A DNA stretch of 63,215 nt, filler included, from Chiloscyllium plagiosum (taxonomy: Eukaryota), in assembly GCF_004010195.1 (NCBI RefSeq). It is 5 parts of one record of this genome, joined end to end, with 100 filler letters (N's around TTAATTAATTAA, not from the genome) between each part and the next. Parts side by side here need not be neighbours in the genome. Positions count along the whole stretch, not along the records: positions 42,545 to 55,874 come from NC_057716.1; positions 55,975 to 61,523 come from NC_057716.1; positions 61,624 to 63,215 come from NC_057716.1; 2 more parts are not named here. One strand, 5' to 3'. The notes under the pieces are model-generated. The model did not search any database, had not been told where the DNA came from, and saw only the letters and a program-made list of their open reading frames with translations. Position numbers and translations under genes: made by a program. Of the stretch, positions 48,805-61,930 are shown piece by piece (positions within the stretch are counted from its first letter, which is position 1; every line of letters begins with the position of its first letter).

Positions 48805-50740
48805 GTCGAGACAGATGTACAGCATGGAAACAGACCCTTCGGTCCAACCCGTCCATGCCGACCAGATATCCCAACCCAATCTAGTCCCACCTGCCAGCGC
48901 CCAGCCCATATCCCTCCAAAGCCTTCCTATTCATATACCCATCCAAATGCCTCTTAAATGTTGCAATTGTACCAGCCTCCACCACATCCTCTGGCAGCTC
49001 ATTCCATACACTTACCACCCTCTGCATGAAAAAGTTGCCCCTTAGGTCTCTTTTATATCTTTCCCCTCTCACCCTAAACCTATGCCCCTTAGTTCTGGAC
49101 TCCAACCCCAGGGAAAAGACTTTGTCTATTTATCCTATCCATGCCCCTCAAATTTTGTAAACCTCTAAGGTCACCCCTCAGCCTCCGATGCTCCAGGGAA
49201 AACAGTCCCAGCCTGTTCAGCCTCTCCCTGTAGCTCAGATCCTCCAACCCTGGCAACATCCTTGTAAATCTTTTCTGAACCCTTCAAGTTTCACAACATC
49301 TTTCCGATAGGAAAGAGANNNNNNNNNNNNNNNNNNNNNNNNNNNNNNNNNNNNNNNNNNNNNNNNNNNNNNNNNNNNNNNNNNNNNNNNNNNNNNNNNN
49401 NNNNNNNNNNNNNNNNNNNNNNNNNNNNNNNNNNNNNNNNNNNNNNNNNNNNNNNNNNNNNNNNNNNNNNNNNNNNNNNNNNNNNNNNNNNNNNNNNNNN
49501 NNNNNNNNNNNNNNNNNNNNNNNNNNNNNNNNNNNNNNNNNNNNNNNNNNNNNNNNNNNNNNNNNNNNNNNNNNNNNNNNNNNNNNNNNNNNNNNNNNNN
49601 NNNNNNNNNNNNNNNNNNNNNNNNNNNNNNNNNNNNNNNNNNNNNNNNNNNNNNNNNNNNNNNNNNNNNNNNNNNNNNNNNNNNNNNNNNNNNNNNNNNN
49701 NNNNNNNNNNNNNNNNNNNNNNNNNNNNNNNNNNNNNNNNNNNNNNNNNNNNNNNNNNNNNNNNNNNNNNNNNNNNNNNNNNNNNNNNNNNNNNNNNNNN
49801 NNNNNNNNNNNNNNNNNNNNNNNNNNNNNNNNNNNNNNNNNNNNNNNNNNNNNNNNNNNNNNNNNNNNNNNNNNNNNNNNNNNNNNNNNNNNNNNNNNNN
49901 NNNNNNNNNNNNNNNNNNNNNNNNNNNNNNNNNNNNNNNNNNNNNNNNNNNNNNNNNNNNNNNNNNNNNNNNNNNNNNNNNNNNNNNNNNNNNNNNNNNN
50001 NNNNNNNNNNNNNNNNNNNNNNNNNNNNNNNNNNNNNNNNNNNNNNNNNNNNNNNNNNNNNNNNNNNNNNNNNNNNNNNNNNNNNNNNNNNNNNNNNNNN
50101 NNNNNNNNNNNNNNNNNNNNNNNNNNNNNNNNNNNNNNNNNNNNNNNNNNNNNNNNNNNNNNNNNNNNNNNNNNNNNNNNNNNNNNNNNNNNNNNNNNNN
50201 NNNNNNNNNNNNNNNNNNNNNNNNNNNNNNNNNNNNNNNNNNNNNNTTCTCCTTAATTCTATTTGCCAAAGCTACCTCATGTCCTCGTTTTGCCCTCCTG
50301 ATTTCCCTCTTAAGTATACTCCTACTGTCTTTATACTCTTCGAAGGATTCACTCAAACCTATCCTGTCTATACCAGTCATATGCTTCCTTCTTTTTCTTA
50401 ACCAAACCCTCAATTTCTTTAGTCATCCAGCATTCCCTATACCTACCAGCCTTCCCTTTCACCCTAACAGGAATATTGCTTTCTCTGGATTCTTGTTATC
50501 TCATTTCTGAATGCTTCCTATTTTCCAGCCATCCCTTTACCTGCAAACATCTGCCTCCAATCAGCTTTTGAAAGTTCTTGCCTAATACCATCAATGTTGG
50601 CCTTTCTCCAGTTTAGAACTTCAACTTTTAGATCTCGTCTATCCTGTTCCATCACTATTTTAAAACTAATAGAATTATGGTCACTGGCTCCAAAGTGCTC
50701 CCCAATGACACCTCGGTCACCTGCCCTGCCTTATTTCCTT
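48805..50740 (-). mobile_element. CR1 LINE 3' part spanning a large N gap
   Basis: 3' end MESRTKGHRFRVRGERYKRDLRGNFFMQRVVSVWNELP; upstream part ILKREIRRAKRGHEVALANRIKE and the endonuclease end. Confidence 0.9.
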
Positions 50741-51351
50741 ATAAGCATAGAAAATTAAGGGACTTTCTATTCATTCTCTATGGATGTCACATGATACAAT
50801 TTTTGTAACCCATCAATAATTAGGGTAACTAGATAAGGCTGTGTTATCTAAAATCACCTTTTATGTTGCTAATTGGGATTAAATCAGATAACCTGTGGTC
50901 ATACATAGACCACAATCATGTCCTGTTTATTCCAAGCCTCTTTATTTGTCGTACGAACCTGACTTACCCAAGAAGTATTTTTAGCAGATGACACATCCAC
51001 TTTATAAATGTTTGCTTACCCAGAACAGAAGACAGAAAGAAGAGATTAAGTGCCCACAGGTTCCTGCTTCTGTTACTGTTGCTTTAGTCTTCAGCCCACC
51101 TTATTTCGGGAAACAGGAACAGCTGCCTCTGAGTCATCAAGTGGTTGTTTCCAGTTCACAAACATCAGGGAGAAGCCGAGGATTCATTAGGTGTCTTAAA
51201 GGGGCACTGTCCTCTTAGGTTTGGACATCAACAGGGCAATAGACGTTGATGTCTGCTGACAGTGAGGCTGGCACACAGCACGTTTCACCCCTAGTTTCTT
51301 CTCTATTGCCTCTTGTGCCTTTTCCAAGCTCATTTTATCCTTAACTTACAA

Positions 51352-51641
51352 TCATAGATTCCCTACAGTATGGAAGAAGCAGGCCATTAAGTCCACATCA
51401 ACCCTCCAAAGAGGATCATACCCAGTCTCATCCCATCCCTGTAAACCTACATTTCCCATGGCTAATCCACATATCTTTGGACTGTGGGGAAAAAACTAGA
51501 GCACCTGGAGGAAACCCACGCAAACACAGGGTGAAAATACAAACTCCAGACAGACTGGAACTCCACACAGACAGTTGCCGGAGACTGGACTTCCAGGTCC
51601 TTGGTGTTGTGAGGCAGTGGAGATAACTACTGAGCCACTGT
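51352..51641 (-). mobile_element. Diverged HE1-type V-SINE
   Basis: tctttggactgtggg...gaggaaacccacgcaaacacaggg...ctccacacagacag...gtgaggcag motifs. Confidence 0.75.
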
Positions 51642-52449
51642 ACTATTCACTGCTTTGTACTGCTCCCACTAAACAGCAATCCCTTCCTGGTTGTCATGTT
51701 AGCTGATATTGTAAAGAGGTTCGCTCCCTCCAAGTCCAGTCCTGCTCATCTTCTGGTTGAGATTGTATGATTAAAGTGGCAGGTAACTATCTTCACAGAA
51801 TTTGTGGTGCACAGCAGCAAACATTGCTAAATTCATCCAGCTGAGGACTTTAGTGTTTCTAATTAAGTGACAGTAATTTTGTTTAAAATCAAAGCCAGAA
51901 TTTTAGTGATTAGTGTGAAGCATTGTGTAGTGTTGTGAAGACTAGTGCGTTAGGATGAAGCTTTATAGAGACAACACAACAAAAATTTGAGGTTCAGCAG
52001 AGTAACTTGCAGAAATATTTATGTATTCTACACAAACTATGCAGATTTCCTCAGGAGATGATGACTTAGCTGACTCCTGAAAATTCACCAATCTTTGCAT
52101 ATAGTCCAAACTATAAATGATGTGAATGTGCGCACTGTGGCAATGAAACCCAACAGAGGAAATGTTTTACTTTGCATCATGCCTGTACCTGACCTGAAGA
52201 TATTTAATATCACAATGTAGAGGATGTTTGGCTGTGTGTTTTGTGAAGAAAAACACTAAAAATAATTCCCAGAAGGAACTGGGCTAAAGGTTGATTTGTC
52301 CTGAATCAGTTGATCTCAGCTAGGTTAGCAGGAATGAAGTACAGTTGGGCTCAGGACCATTGGCTAAAGAGGAGTGGGGAAGGGTGATGGAGGTAGAAAA
52401 ACAGTTCTTGGTAAGAGAAGGACTTCCCCCATGTTGTTTCTCTTGGATT

Positions 52450-54420
52450 TAGAATCATAGAGATGTACAGCATGGAAACAGACCCTTCAGTCCAACTCGT
52501 CCGTGCCGATCAGATGTGCCAACCTAATCTAATCCTATTGGTCCTGAATGTCTCCTCTCCTGCTTGCTTCTCCTCTCTCAGGAGATCATCCAGCTGCTGG
52601 ATTGAATTGAATGATATTATTCCAACCACAAGACATAGGAGCCATGTAGCCTATTGAATCTGCTCAGGCATTCAATGAGATCATAGCTGCTCTGGTATTC
52701 CTCAATGCCAACATCCTGCCTTTTCCCCATAATCCTCAGTTCACTTACTGATTACAAATCTGCCTATTTCAGTGGTGAATGCTCTTAATGACATCACCTT
52801 TCAGCCCTCTGCAAGCAAAGATTTCTCCTAATTTTTATCTTAAATGGGTGATCCTTTGCTCTGATCATAGACTCACTCACAAGGGGAAACAAGCACCCAC
52901 CCTGTCAAGTCCTCAAAGCACTTTATATATTTCAATAAGGTTGACTTTCGTGCTTCTAAACTCCAATGAGTGCAAGCCCAACCTATTCAGTCTCAATCCC
53001 TCCATTCCTGGAATCTAGTGAACTTTTTCTAGACTACCTCCAGTGCAAGTATATTGTTCCTTAAATAAACTATGCACAATGTTCCAAGTGTGGTTGGACT
53101 AGTGCTTTAGATAGTTTTAGCAAGGCTTCCCTGTTTTTATACTCCATACTGCTTTCCCTATTATCCATTGAACTCAAATTATAACTTTTTGTGATTCATG
53201 TATGATGGCACCCAAATTCTTCTGTGCTGCAGCTTTCATCAATTCAACAATACTCAGCTCTGGTATTCTTCCTGCCAAAGTGGAGAAAGTGAGGTCTGCA
53301 GACGCTGGAGATCAAAGCTGAAACTTTATTGCTGGAACAGCACAGCAGGTCAGGCAGCATCTAGGGAACAGAAGATTCGACGTTTCGGGCACATGCCCTT
53401 CTTCCTGCCAAAGTGCATAACCTCACATTATTCCACATTATATTCCATACACCAATTTTTTGCCCGCTGAACCTGTTCAAGTTCCTCCATGGAATTGGTG
53501 TCATCTATTCACTGTTCGCCCTCATTTTGTGTCATTTGCAAACTTAGTAACAGTACATTCACTTCTGTCATCCAAGTCAGTTAATAAATGTTGTAAATAA
53601 TTATGGCCCCAGCGCTGATCCCTGATTCTACATTACCATCTTCAAAATGCCCAGTCGTCCCATTCCAACTCTCACTTCTATTAGAACATAGAACAATACA
53701 GCACAGGAACAGGCCATTTGGCTCAAGATATTGTGCAGAACATGACACCAAATTAAACTAATCCCTTCTGCCTACCCTTGGTCCATATCCCTCCATCCCT
53801 CCACTCCATGATCTTTTCTAAAAACTCCGTAAATGCCCCTATTGTATCTGCCTCCACCACCACCCCCAGCAGTGCTTTCCAGACACTTTCCACGCTGTAT
53901 AAAAAACTTGCCCCTCACAACTCCATTGAACTTTCTCCTCTCACCTTAAATGCATGCCCCCTAGTGTTAGACATTTCAACTCTGGGAAAAAAAATTCTGA
54001 CCGTCAACTCTATCTGTGCATCTATAATTTTATAGACTTCTATCAAATCTCTCCTCAGCCTCTGCCACTCTAGAGAAAACAACTTGAGTTTTTCTAGCCT
54101 CTCCTTATAGCTCCTGGTAAACCCCCTCTCCAAAACCCCCACATCCTTCCTGTAATGTGGCAACCAGAATTGAATCCAATATTCTAAGTCCAGCCTAGCC
54201 AAAATTAGCCAATCCTCTATCCATGCTAATTTACTACCCTCAACACAATGAGCTCTTATCTTATGAAGTAGCCTTGTGTGTGCTACTTTATTAAATGTAC
54301 TTTGGAAATCTAAATATATTACATCAACTGGTTTCCCTTTATCACCTTGATGCTTGATATCACCTTAAATAATTGTAATAAATTTGCCAGCCGTAATTTA
54401 CCCTGTGTGTAGCTATGTTG
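52450..54420 (-). mobile_element. Cluster of nested CR1 3' fragments
   Basis: Tail at about 52450-52520, old CR1 at about 52630-53680, and a younger insert at about 53685-54200 encoding LEYWIQFWLPHYRKDV...RLRRDLIEVYKI. Confidence 0.75.
53283..53398 (-). mobile_element. Single-arm Penelope pLTR element
   Basis: GAGAAAGTGAGGTCTGCAGACGCTGGAGATC...CGACGTTTCGGGCACATGCCC; perfect 17-bp TSD ttcttcctgccaaagtg at 53266-53282 and 53399-53415. Confidence 0.85.
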
Positions 54421-54436
54421 AGTCAGGTTGATTATT

Positions 54437-54732
54437 GAATTAGATTACTTACAGTGTGGAAACAGGCCCTTCGGCCCAACAAGTCCACACCGACCCGCCG
54501 AAGCGCAACCCACCCATACCCCGACATTTACCCCTTACCTAACACTACAGGCAATTTAGCGTGGCCAATTCACCTGACCTGCACATCTTTGGACTGTGGG
54601 AGGAAACCGGAGCACCCGGAGGAAACCCACGCAGACACGGGGAGAACGTGCAAACTCCACACAGTCAGTCGCCTGAGGCGGGAATTGAACCCGGGTCTCG
54701 GGCGCTGTGAGGCAGCAGTGCTAACCACTGTG
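54437..54732 (-). mobile_element. Young HE1-type V-SINE
   Basis: CpG-rich copy with an apparently undegraded head, core and tail. Confidence 0.9.
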
Positions 54733-54994
54733 TATTTCTAATTGCTTGGCTATTACATCCCTTATAAAAATGATCTAATAGTTTACCATGAAAGATGCTG
54801 CTAACTGATATAAAATTACTTGTATTTACAACCCCCTGCCTTTTCCTACCTCCCTCCATGCCCTTGGATTGGTGGATGAGATCTCTTGCTCAAGAGTGGG
54901 CAGTGAAAGCTTCCATATACTGGTGGTTGACGAGGAAATATTGCATATATCATCACAATTGTAGTACATGTGATGCAAGTGTAGGGTTGTAGTA

Positions 54995-55874
54995 CATGTG
55001 ATGCAGGATTTAAATGTTTTAGTAGGGTCAGAGGTGGGGGTAAAAGAGGGGGAGGTGTGGCATTGCTTGTCAAAGATAGTATTACAGTGGTGGAAAGGAC
55101 GATGGATGAGGACTTGCCATCTGAGGTAGTTTGGGCTGAGGTTAGGAATAGGAAAGGTGAGGTCACCCTGTTAGGAGTCTTTTACAGGCCTCCTAATAGT
55201 CCTAGAATCATTGAAGAAAGGATAGGGAAGGTGATTCAGGAGATGAGTGACAGTAATAGGGTGGTTGTTATGGGGGACTTTAACTTTCCTGATATTGATT
55301 GGGAAAGCTATAGCTCAAGTTCGTTAGATGGGTCAGTGTTTGTTCAATGTGTACAGGAGAGTTTCCTGACACAATATGTAGACAGGCCAACAAGAGGTGA
55401 GGCCATACTGGATTTGGTTCTGGGTAACGAACCAGGCCAGGTGTTAGAATTAGAGGTAGGTGAGCACTTTGGGGATAGTGACCATAATTCGGTGATTTTT
55501 ACTCTCATGATGGAGAGGGATAAGTGTGTACTACAGGGCAAGAGTTATAGCTGGAGTCAGGGAAATTATGATGCGGTGAGGCATGACTTAGGATGTGTGG
55601 CTTAGAAAAGTAGACTCCAAGGCAAGAGTGTAAATGATATGTGGAGCTTGTTCAAGGAGCAACTATTGAGTGTCCTTGATAAGTATGTACCCGTCAGGCA
55701 GGGAGGAAAGGGTCGTGCGAGGGAGCCGTGGTTTAATAAGGAATTGGAATCCCTTGTTAAATGGAAGAGGGCGGCCTATCTCAAGATGAGACATGAAGGT
55801 TCAATTGGGGCGATTGAGAGTTATAGGGTAGCCAGGAAGGACCTGAAGAGAGAGCTAAAAGCAGAAAGGAGGGG
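54995..55874 (+). mobile_element. Young CR1 ORF2 endonuclease fragment
   Basis: GGGVALLVK...LGVFYRPP...VVMGDFNFPDIDW...PTRGEAILDLVLGN...HFGDSDHN; one in-frame stop. Confidence 0.9.
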
Positions 55875-55974
55875 NNNNNNNNNNNNNNNNNNNNNNNNNN
55901 NNNNNNNNNNNNNNNNNNTTAATTAATTAANNNNNNNNNNNNNNNNNNNNNNNNNNNNNNNNNNNNNNNNNNNN

Positions 55975-56205
55975 GGTCAGGCTTGTGGATCTTGGGAAGG
56001 AGGTAGAACCGGGCAGTGCGGGGTTCCCGGATTATGAGGTTGGAAGCTGTGGGTGGGAGATCTCCTGAGGTGATGAGGTTCTGCATGGTCTGGGAGATGA
56101 TGGTTTGGTGATGGGGGGGGGGGTGGGGTCATGGTCGAGGGGGCGGTAGGAAGAGGTGTCCTCGAGTTGACATTTGGCTTCAGCGGTGTAGAGGTCAGTG
56201 TGCCC
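55975..56205 (-). mobile_element. Penelope-like RT fragment
   Basis: Closely similar to 42640-42865. Confidence 0.85.
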
Positions 56206-58581
56206 ATATGTTTAGAAATACTTTATATTTCACAGAAAGTAGGTCTGTTTATTGTGTCTGTTTAAGTCTTAAGATTTTGTTAAGTGTAACTTCGATCTCT
56301 TGAGTATATTAAGTTTGGCAAGATGGGAGTCAAAGTTACTTAGGTTCTAGCTTGCTGGCAATGAACAACCTCCAGCAGTAAGCACTGTTCTTGCAACACA
56401 TAGGAGGTGCTGACCATTACCCTGTCACAGTAACAATGGGAATGGGACTCCAAAAAAAGAAGTGGTGACATCTAATAGCAAGATGCGGCTTCTTTCTGTT
56501 AAATACTTGCGTCCAGTGGAACTGAGGACAAGAGTGGAATGTTCTATCTAAAGATGACTATATACTTCATATAATAACATGGTAACAACGTGTACAACTG
56601 GTACAGCACCACTTTCTAGTGTGGCTAATTGGATTTTGTCTGCACTGAATTTTTAAAATGTTATTCTTATAATCTATATTCAGCATATAATGTGTTAACT
56701 CCCAAGGCAGTACACTATGTTCCCTGTAACAGAAAACTGTCAACTTGAAATGGCTTGTTTATCCACTAGATCTGTCTCAAGGCGTTGGTTTATTTTTGAT
56801 CTGCACAACAGTGGTGTGAAGCAATAATTAATTAATCGTCCCAGATGGCCATTATTTACACTCCTAAACATCTTGTGAGGTGGTTAAAAATGGATCCATT
56901 GTCCCAGATGATACCCAATTGTTTAAGATGTCATTCAGGAAGTCACGCTGTCTCCTGGAATAGTCTCCAGGTTAAATGTCAACCCAGAGGCAGGGACATT
57001 CATTGATAGATCCTCCAAGACTAAATTTTTGGTTAGTTGCAGCTCACTGTGATTGACAGCCACAAGTGAGAATTCTTAGAGAGAATATCCACATGAGCAG
57101 CAAGTTTGTACCGCATAGTCACCAGTGATAAACTAAGTAGTTCCAGTTAAACAAATCCAGTCTGAAAGTTATGGTAAATAAAAGCCTGGTTAAGGATTAT
57201 ATTTTGGAGAGAAAGTGAAAAGAAAGTCTGTTATTCTGTATACATAATGAGGTAGGGAAATAGATCTCATTCTTAAATCTGTGTACTATTTATTTATCTT
57301 AGGTAAATCGAATTCTGGTTTAAAGCCAGTGGTGACACATAAGATGTGTTATAACCAATATTCAGTGTATGGTATAAGATTTCACTGCTAAAATTCCTGA
57401 AACATATTAAAAAGTACAAAAAGAATTCATGCTGCTATACATGTAGTGGAATGTTGATTAACAAGGTAGTCTATTATTCTACCAATGTGAAGGTAGCTTG
57501 TGACAATATGCACAAGAGCATACAAGTAAATACATACTTCTGTTGAAAATCATGATGACTTCATCTTAAACCATTGTATTAGAAGCCTGTCATTAGACCT
57601 GCAGACATACATTGTTGGGAAACCATGGCTACCTCTCAGTCCTGGCTCATAATATTTTAATAGCAACATCATCTGGCCCCTGAATACTAGTGTAATGAGA
57701 TAGATGTATGAATCTACCAGACCCATGGTCAGGTACAGCATGCATGTGAGGGATCAAAGAATCTACTGCCATTAATAAAACAGGAGCACCCTACTTTCTA
57801 ATTTGAGCAAGATGACCTAAACTATCTACTTGATAATCAATGAGGAATGATCATTAGTATTTGAATATCACAAGGGAGACATTATTCTGCCTGCTGAGGA
57901 ATCAGCTCTATCACCCTCTCCAGCTGTCAGGGCCGTCGGATAGGGAATCACCACCAACTACATCTCCATAGCCAGCCCACCTAACCATGCACCTCGCAGC
58001 TTCATGTGCATCTCCCTTCGCCAAATAGATTAAACTTGCTGTACAAGGCTGGAACTCTATCATCATGTTTTTTCATTTTTCTTAAAGGGTGATCTGTCTC
58101 AGATTCACTTCCCAATTGCAATAGTCTTGTCCCGTATTAGCTATCTGTCTGTTATGTCGTTTGACTTGACTTTGTTCTTTTTCTCATTACTGCCCAGGAG
58201 GTTAGAGACATTGAGGTGACAAGAAACTATTCCATATGAAATAGTGGTGTGTCCTTAATAGGCAAACACCTTGACCAGTACAGCTTGCTGGCTACAATAT
58301 TTCCACATCTGCAAATAGCATGGTCATTGGAGAGGAATGGGGACTTATGTCAATAATAATGGAAGCTAATATTGTAATAAGCAGTCCACCTATTGCCAAT
58401 TTATATCTACCCATTATTCAGTGTCATGGTGGCACCCACGGCATTAGTGAATCTTCAATCAAAGACTCCCTCAGTTTGAATGCCGGGCCCTTCGTTCAAA
58501 GTAAACACAAAGATCGAGGTGAGAAACTCTGTCAGATTTAGGTTGATAGTTCTGCTGCAGGGTTGACCACAGACTGAAGAG

Positions 58582-58714
58582 GTAAAAACAATGACTGCAG
58601 ATGCTGGAAACCAGATTCTGGATCAGTGGTGCTGGAAGAGCACAGCAATTCAGGCAGCATCCGAGAAGCTCCTCGGATGCTGCCTAAATTGCTGTGCTCT
58701 TCCAGCACCACTGA
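58582..58714. mobile_element. Miniature palindromic Penelope pLTR element lacking the ribozyme core
   Basis: Arms meet at GCATCCGAG-aagctc-CTCGGATGC; perfect TSD cacagactgaagag at 58568-58581 and 58715-58728. Confidence 0.85.
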
Positions 58715-59094
58715 CACAGACTGAAGAGTTAAGAACCTAAAAAACAAGAGCAGAGATAACCCACTTGCTTCCTTGAGCACTTTCCACCATTGAATACTAT
58801 CACAGCTGATCTTCTGCCTCAACTTTCTTTCTGCCCACTCTCTTTCCTGAGAAACCATTAAAGAATTGTCTATCCCAGCCTTAAATGTATTCACCCACAG
58901 AGCATCCACAAACCTCAGAGTTCAAATTTAAAGAGTCACAAACATCTCAGTGAAGGGATTTCTCTGCATGAGTGGCACCTTTTTCTGAGTCTGTTCTCTG
59001 ATATTCAACATTCCCAGTCAGAAGGAACAACCTCTCATTGTCTGGCCTATCAAGTCCCTTCAGAATCCTATGTGCTTGAATACAATCACCTTGG

Positions 59095-59310
59095 TTAGAG
59101 ACAAAAAAAACTGCAGAGGCTGGATTCCAAATTAGACAGGCAGGAGGCTGGAAGAACACAGCAAGCCAGGCAGCATCAGGAGGTGGAGAAGTCAACATTT
59201 CAAATGTAACCTTTTTCCAGTCCTGAAGAAGGGTTACACCCGAAACGTTGACGTCTCCACCTCCTGATGCTGCCTGGCTCACTGTGTTCTTCCAGCCTCC
59301 TGCCTGTCTA
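59095..59310. mobile_element. Miniature palindromic Penelope pLTR element (variant subfamily)
   Basis: Inverted arms TAGACAGGCAGGAGGCTGGAAGAACACAG.../...CTGTGTTCTTCCAGCCTCCTGCCTGTCTA. Confidence 0.8.
59223..59250 (+). ncRNA. Minimal hammerhead ribozyme core (intact)
   Basis: CTGAAGA-A-GGGT-TAC-ACCC-GAAACGTTG: CUGANGA box, perfect 4-bp stem II, GAAAC box. Confidence 0.65.
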
Positions 59311-60959
59311 CTAAATATGATCACTTCTCATTCTTCCAAACTCCAGAGAGCATGGGTCCAATTTACTTACCTCACACCATAGCATCAATAATACATACTG
59401 AAACCCACACACGTAGGTGATGTTGGGCAGTGTTGGAAAGGCAGAATGCAGCACACAGATACTGGGCATGGAAAGAGTTGACAGAGGATTAATCTGTTGA
59501 ATATTGTACTTCAGGAGTGGGGGTTTTTAAAAGGACCTTCAGGGAAGTGTGGACTGCATTGGGGCAATTCTGTGAAGCTGGCAAAACTATATTAAAAAAA
59601 AGGTGTGAATGGATACTCTTAATCTTCCCCTTGATTGGTATCCCTCTCTCCTCTTTCATGAGCGTCATTGGCCGGCCAGCATTTATTGCCTGTCCCTAGT
59701 TGACCTGGAAAGGTTGGTGGTGAGTTATGTCAACATTAACATTTAAAAAGAAATCCCATTGTTTAGCTCGGCAACTGCAAGGACTTTAAGGGGCTGCGAT
59801 GCCACCTGTATGCCCGTCTCCTCAAGAACGAATTCTGAATAGGGAGCATAAATCAAGTGTATACCGCATGCCCAATTTGGACATCGAGCTGAGTTCAGTG
59901 TTCTGGGTACATAAAAGCCACTGGAGCATTGCAGTAACATGGAAATCAGCCTTGTGAATTTCACATTAATCTGACCTTCATATGACTTACTGTTGTGGGC
60001 TGGTCTAACTTCACCCTATTCTTACACCAAACAAGACCCTCTTCTCACAAAAGCTTTTCCTGTCATTGTTTGGCCATAAAAGCTACCAATTGCACAGTAA
60101 ATAGTCACAGTGAAGTTTAAAATTAGCATCCTCAAATTTAGAGTAATAGCCCCAAGTTTTGTAATTCTTTCATGGCATGTGGGCGTCCCTGACAAGACCA
60201 CTAGCTAGTGATGCCCACATATCATTAGTGAATTAAAATACAGTCTGATGGTTATAAGGGTCCTGGCAGGAAACACATAGGGTGATCTCAATTTATATTC
60301 TGGCTGGGTTGAGAGCTCAGGACTCTCCCTTGTTACCCTCTAAGTAACCCAATTCAAAAAGGGTGTTTAAAATGGATGCAGGTACAGTAAAGCTCGTACA
60401 GTAAAGCTTATTTGAAATATAGGAGAAAGTGGAGGCCATTCTGTCCACCAAAATTGTTCAGCCATTTAATTAGATCTTAATTGCGCCCACCCACCTTGGC
60501 CACATAATCTTTATTTAAGAAAAAAAGCTATCCCAGTTTTGAATTTTTCGACACCAGTGAGCTAATTTTTTTTGTAAGTGCCAGATTTCTTTTTTAATTG
60601 AGTTTCACCACCTGCCAATGGTGGGATTCCAAACCTCTGACCCCAGAACAGGAGCCTGGGGTTCTGAGTTACTAAAGGATTGAAATTACTCCTACACCAT
60701 TGCCTCAGAGGGAAGCTAATTACCTTTCGATTTCTTGATATTTTCCCTAATCAACTAGTTCTGAGATGTTATTACACACCTCTGAAGCATGTGAGACTTG
60801 AACACAGGCTTCTTTTCTTTTTGCTAATGTTTTGTGACATTTTCTGTCTATTTATTTTAATTACGTTCCTAATTAAGCCTATAATTAGGAACATCTATTT
60901 ATTTTTCAGATCAACCTGTTCAGGGATGTTATTACACATATCTGGAGCAAGTGGGACTT

Positions 60960-61523
60960 ATATAGAACATAGAACATAGAAGAATACAGCGCAGTACAGG
61001 CCCTTTGGCCCTCGATGTTGCGCCGATCCAAGCCCACCTAACCTACACTAGCCCACTATCCTCCATATGCCTATCCAATGCCCGCTTAAATGCCCATAAT
61101 GAGGGAGAGTCCACCACTGCTACTGGCAGGGCATTCCATGAACTCACGACTCACTGAGTAAAGAACCTACCCTAACATCTGTCCTATACCTACCACCCCT
61201 TAATTTAAAGCTATGCCCCCTCGTAATAGCTAACTCTATACGTGGAAAAAGGTTCTCATGGTCAACCCTATCTAAACCCCTAATCATCTTGTACACCTCG
61301 ATCAAGTCACCCCTAAACCTTCTTTTCTCCAATGAAAACAACCCCAAGTGCCTCAGCCTTTCCTCATACGATCTTCCTACCATACAAGGCAACATCCTGG
61401 TAAACCTCCTCTGAACCCGTTCCAGTGCCTCCACATCCTTCCGATAGTATGGCGACCAAAACTGCACACAATACTCCAGATGCGGCCGCACCAGAGTCTT
61501 AGACAACTGCAACATGACCTCAG
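60960..61523 (-). mobile_element. Young CR1 3' end
   Basis: MLQLSKTLVRPHLEYCVQFWSPYYRKDVEALERVQRRFTRM...; (atagaac)n tail. Confidence 0.9.
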
Positions 61524-61623
61524 NNNNNNNNNNNNNNNNNNNNNNNNNNNNNNNNNNNNNNNNNNNNTTAATTAATTAANNNNNNNNNNNNNNNNNNNNN
61601 NNNNNNNNNNNNNNNNNNNNNNN

Positions 61624-61930
61624 CCCCTCCTCTCTTGCTTCCTTTTCTATCCTTCCTGCAGCATTTGTAACCTGGAACATTAAGCTGCCAGTCCTGCCCA
61701 TCCTTGAGCCATGTTTCTGTAATTGCTACGATATCCCAGTCCCATGTTCCTAAGCATGCCCTGAGTTCATCTGCCTTCCCTGTTAGGCCCCTTGCATTGA
61801 AATAAATTGATTTATTATAGTGGTGCTGGAAAAGCACAGCAGTTCAGGCAGCATCCGAGAGCAGGAAAATCGACATTTTGGTCAAAAGCCCTTCATCAGG
61901 AATAGAGGCAGAGTGCCTGCAGGGTGGAGT
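61624..61930 (-). mobile_element. CR1 endonuclease start (61624-61810) abutting a Penelope pLTR fragment (about 61817-61930)
   Basis: IYFNARGLTGKADEL...DIVAITETWL, followed by gtggtgctggaaaagcacagc...cccttcatcagg. Confidence 0.8.

Larger units (their letters stand above)
58730..59380 (-). mobile_element. Old CR1 3' fragment
   Basis: GDCIQAHRILKGLDRPDNERLF and the CR1 tail on the minus strand. Confidence 0.7.

Noticed and set aside
54959..55005. 19-bp direct repeat ttgtagtacatgtgatgca with a short spacer (CRISPR-like or TSD)
   Set aside because: Only two units, at a CR1 5' truncation junction in a eukaryotic genome; best explained as a local duplication at insertion.
58198..58240. Strong acceptor (ttctcattactgcccag|GAGGTTAGAGAC...) as gene B exon 3
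   Set aside because: The phase-0 frame stops after 13 codons and lacks the cystatin ETxC motif.
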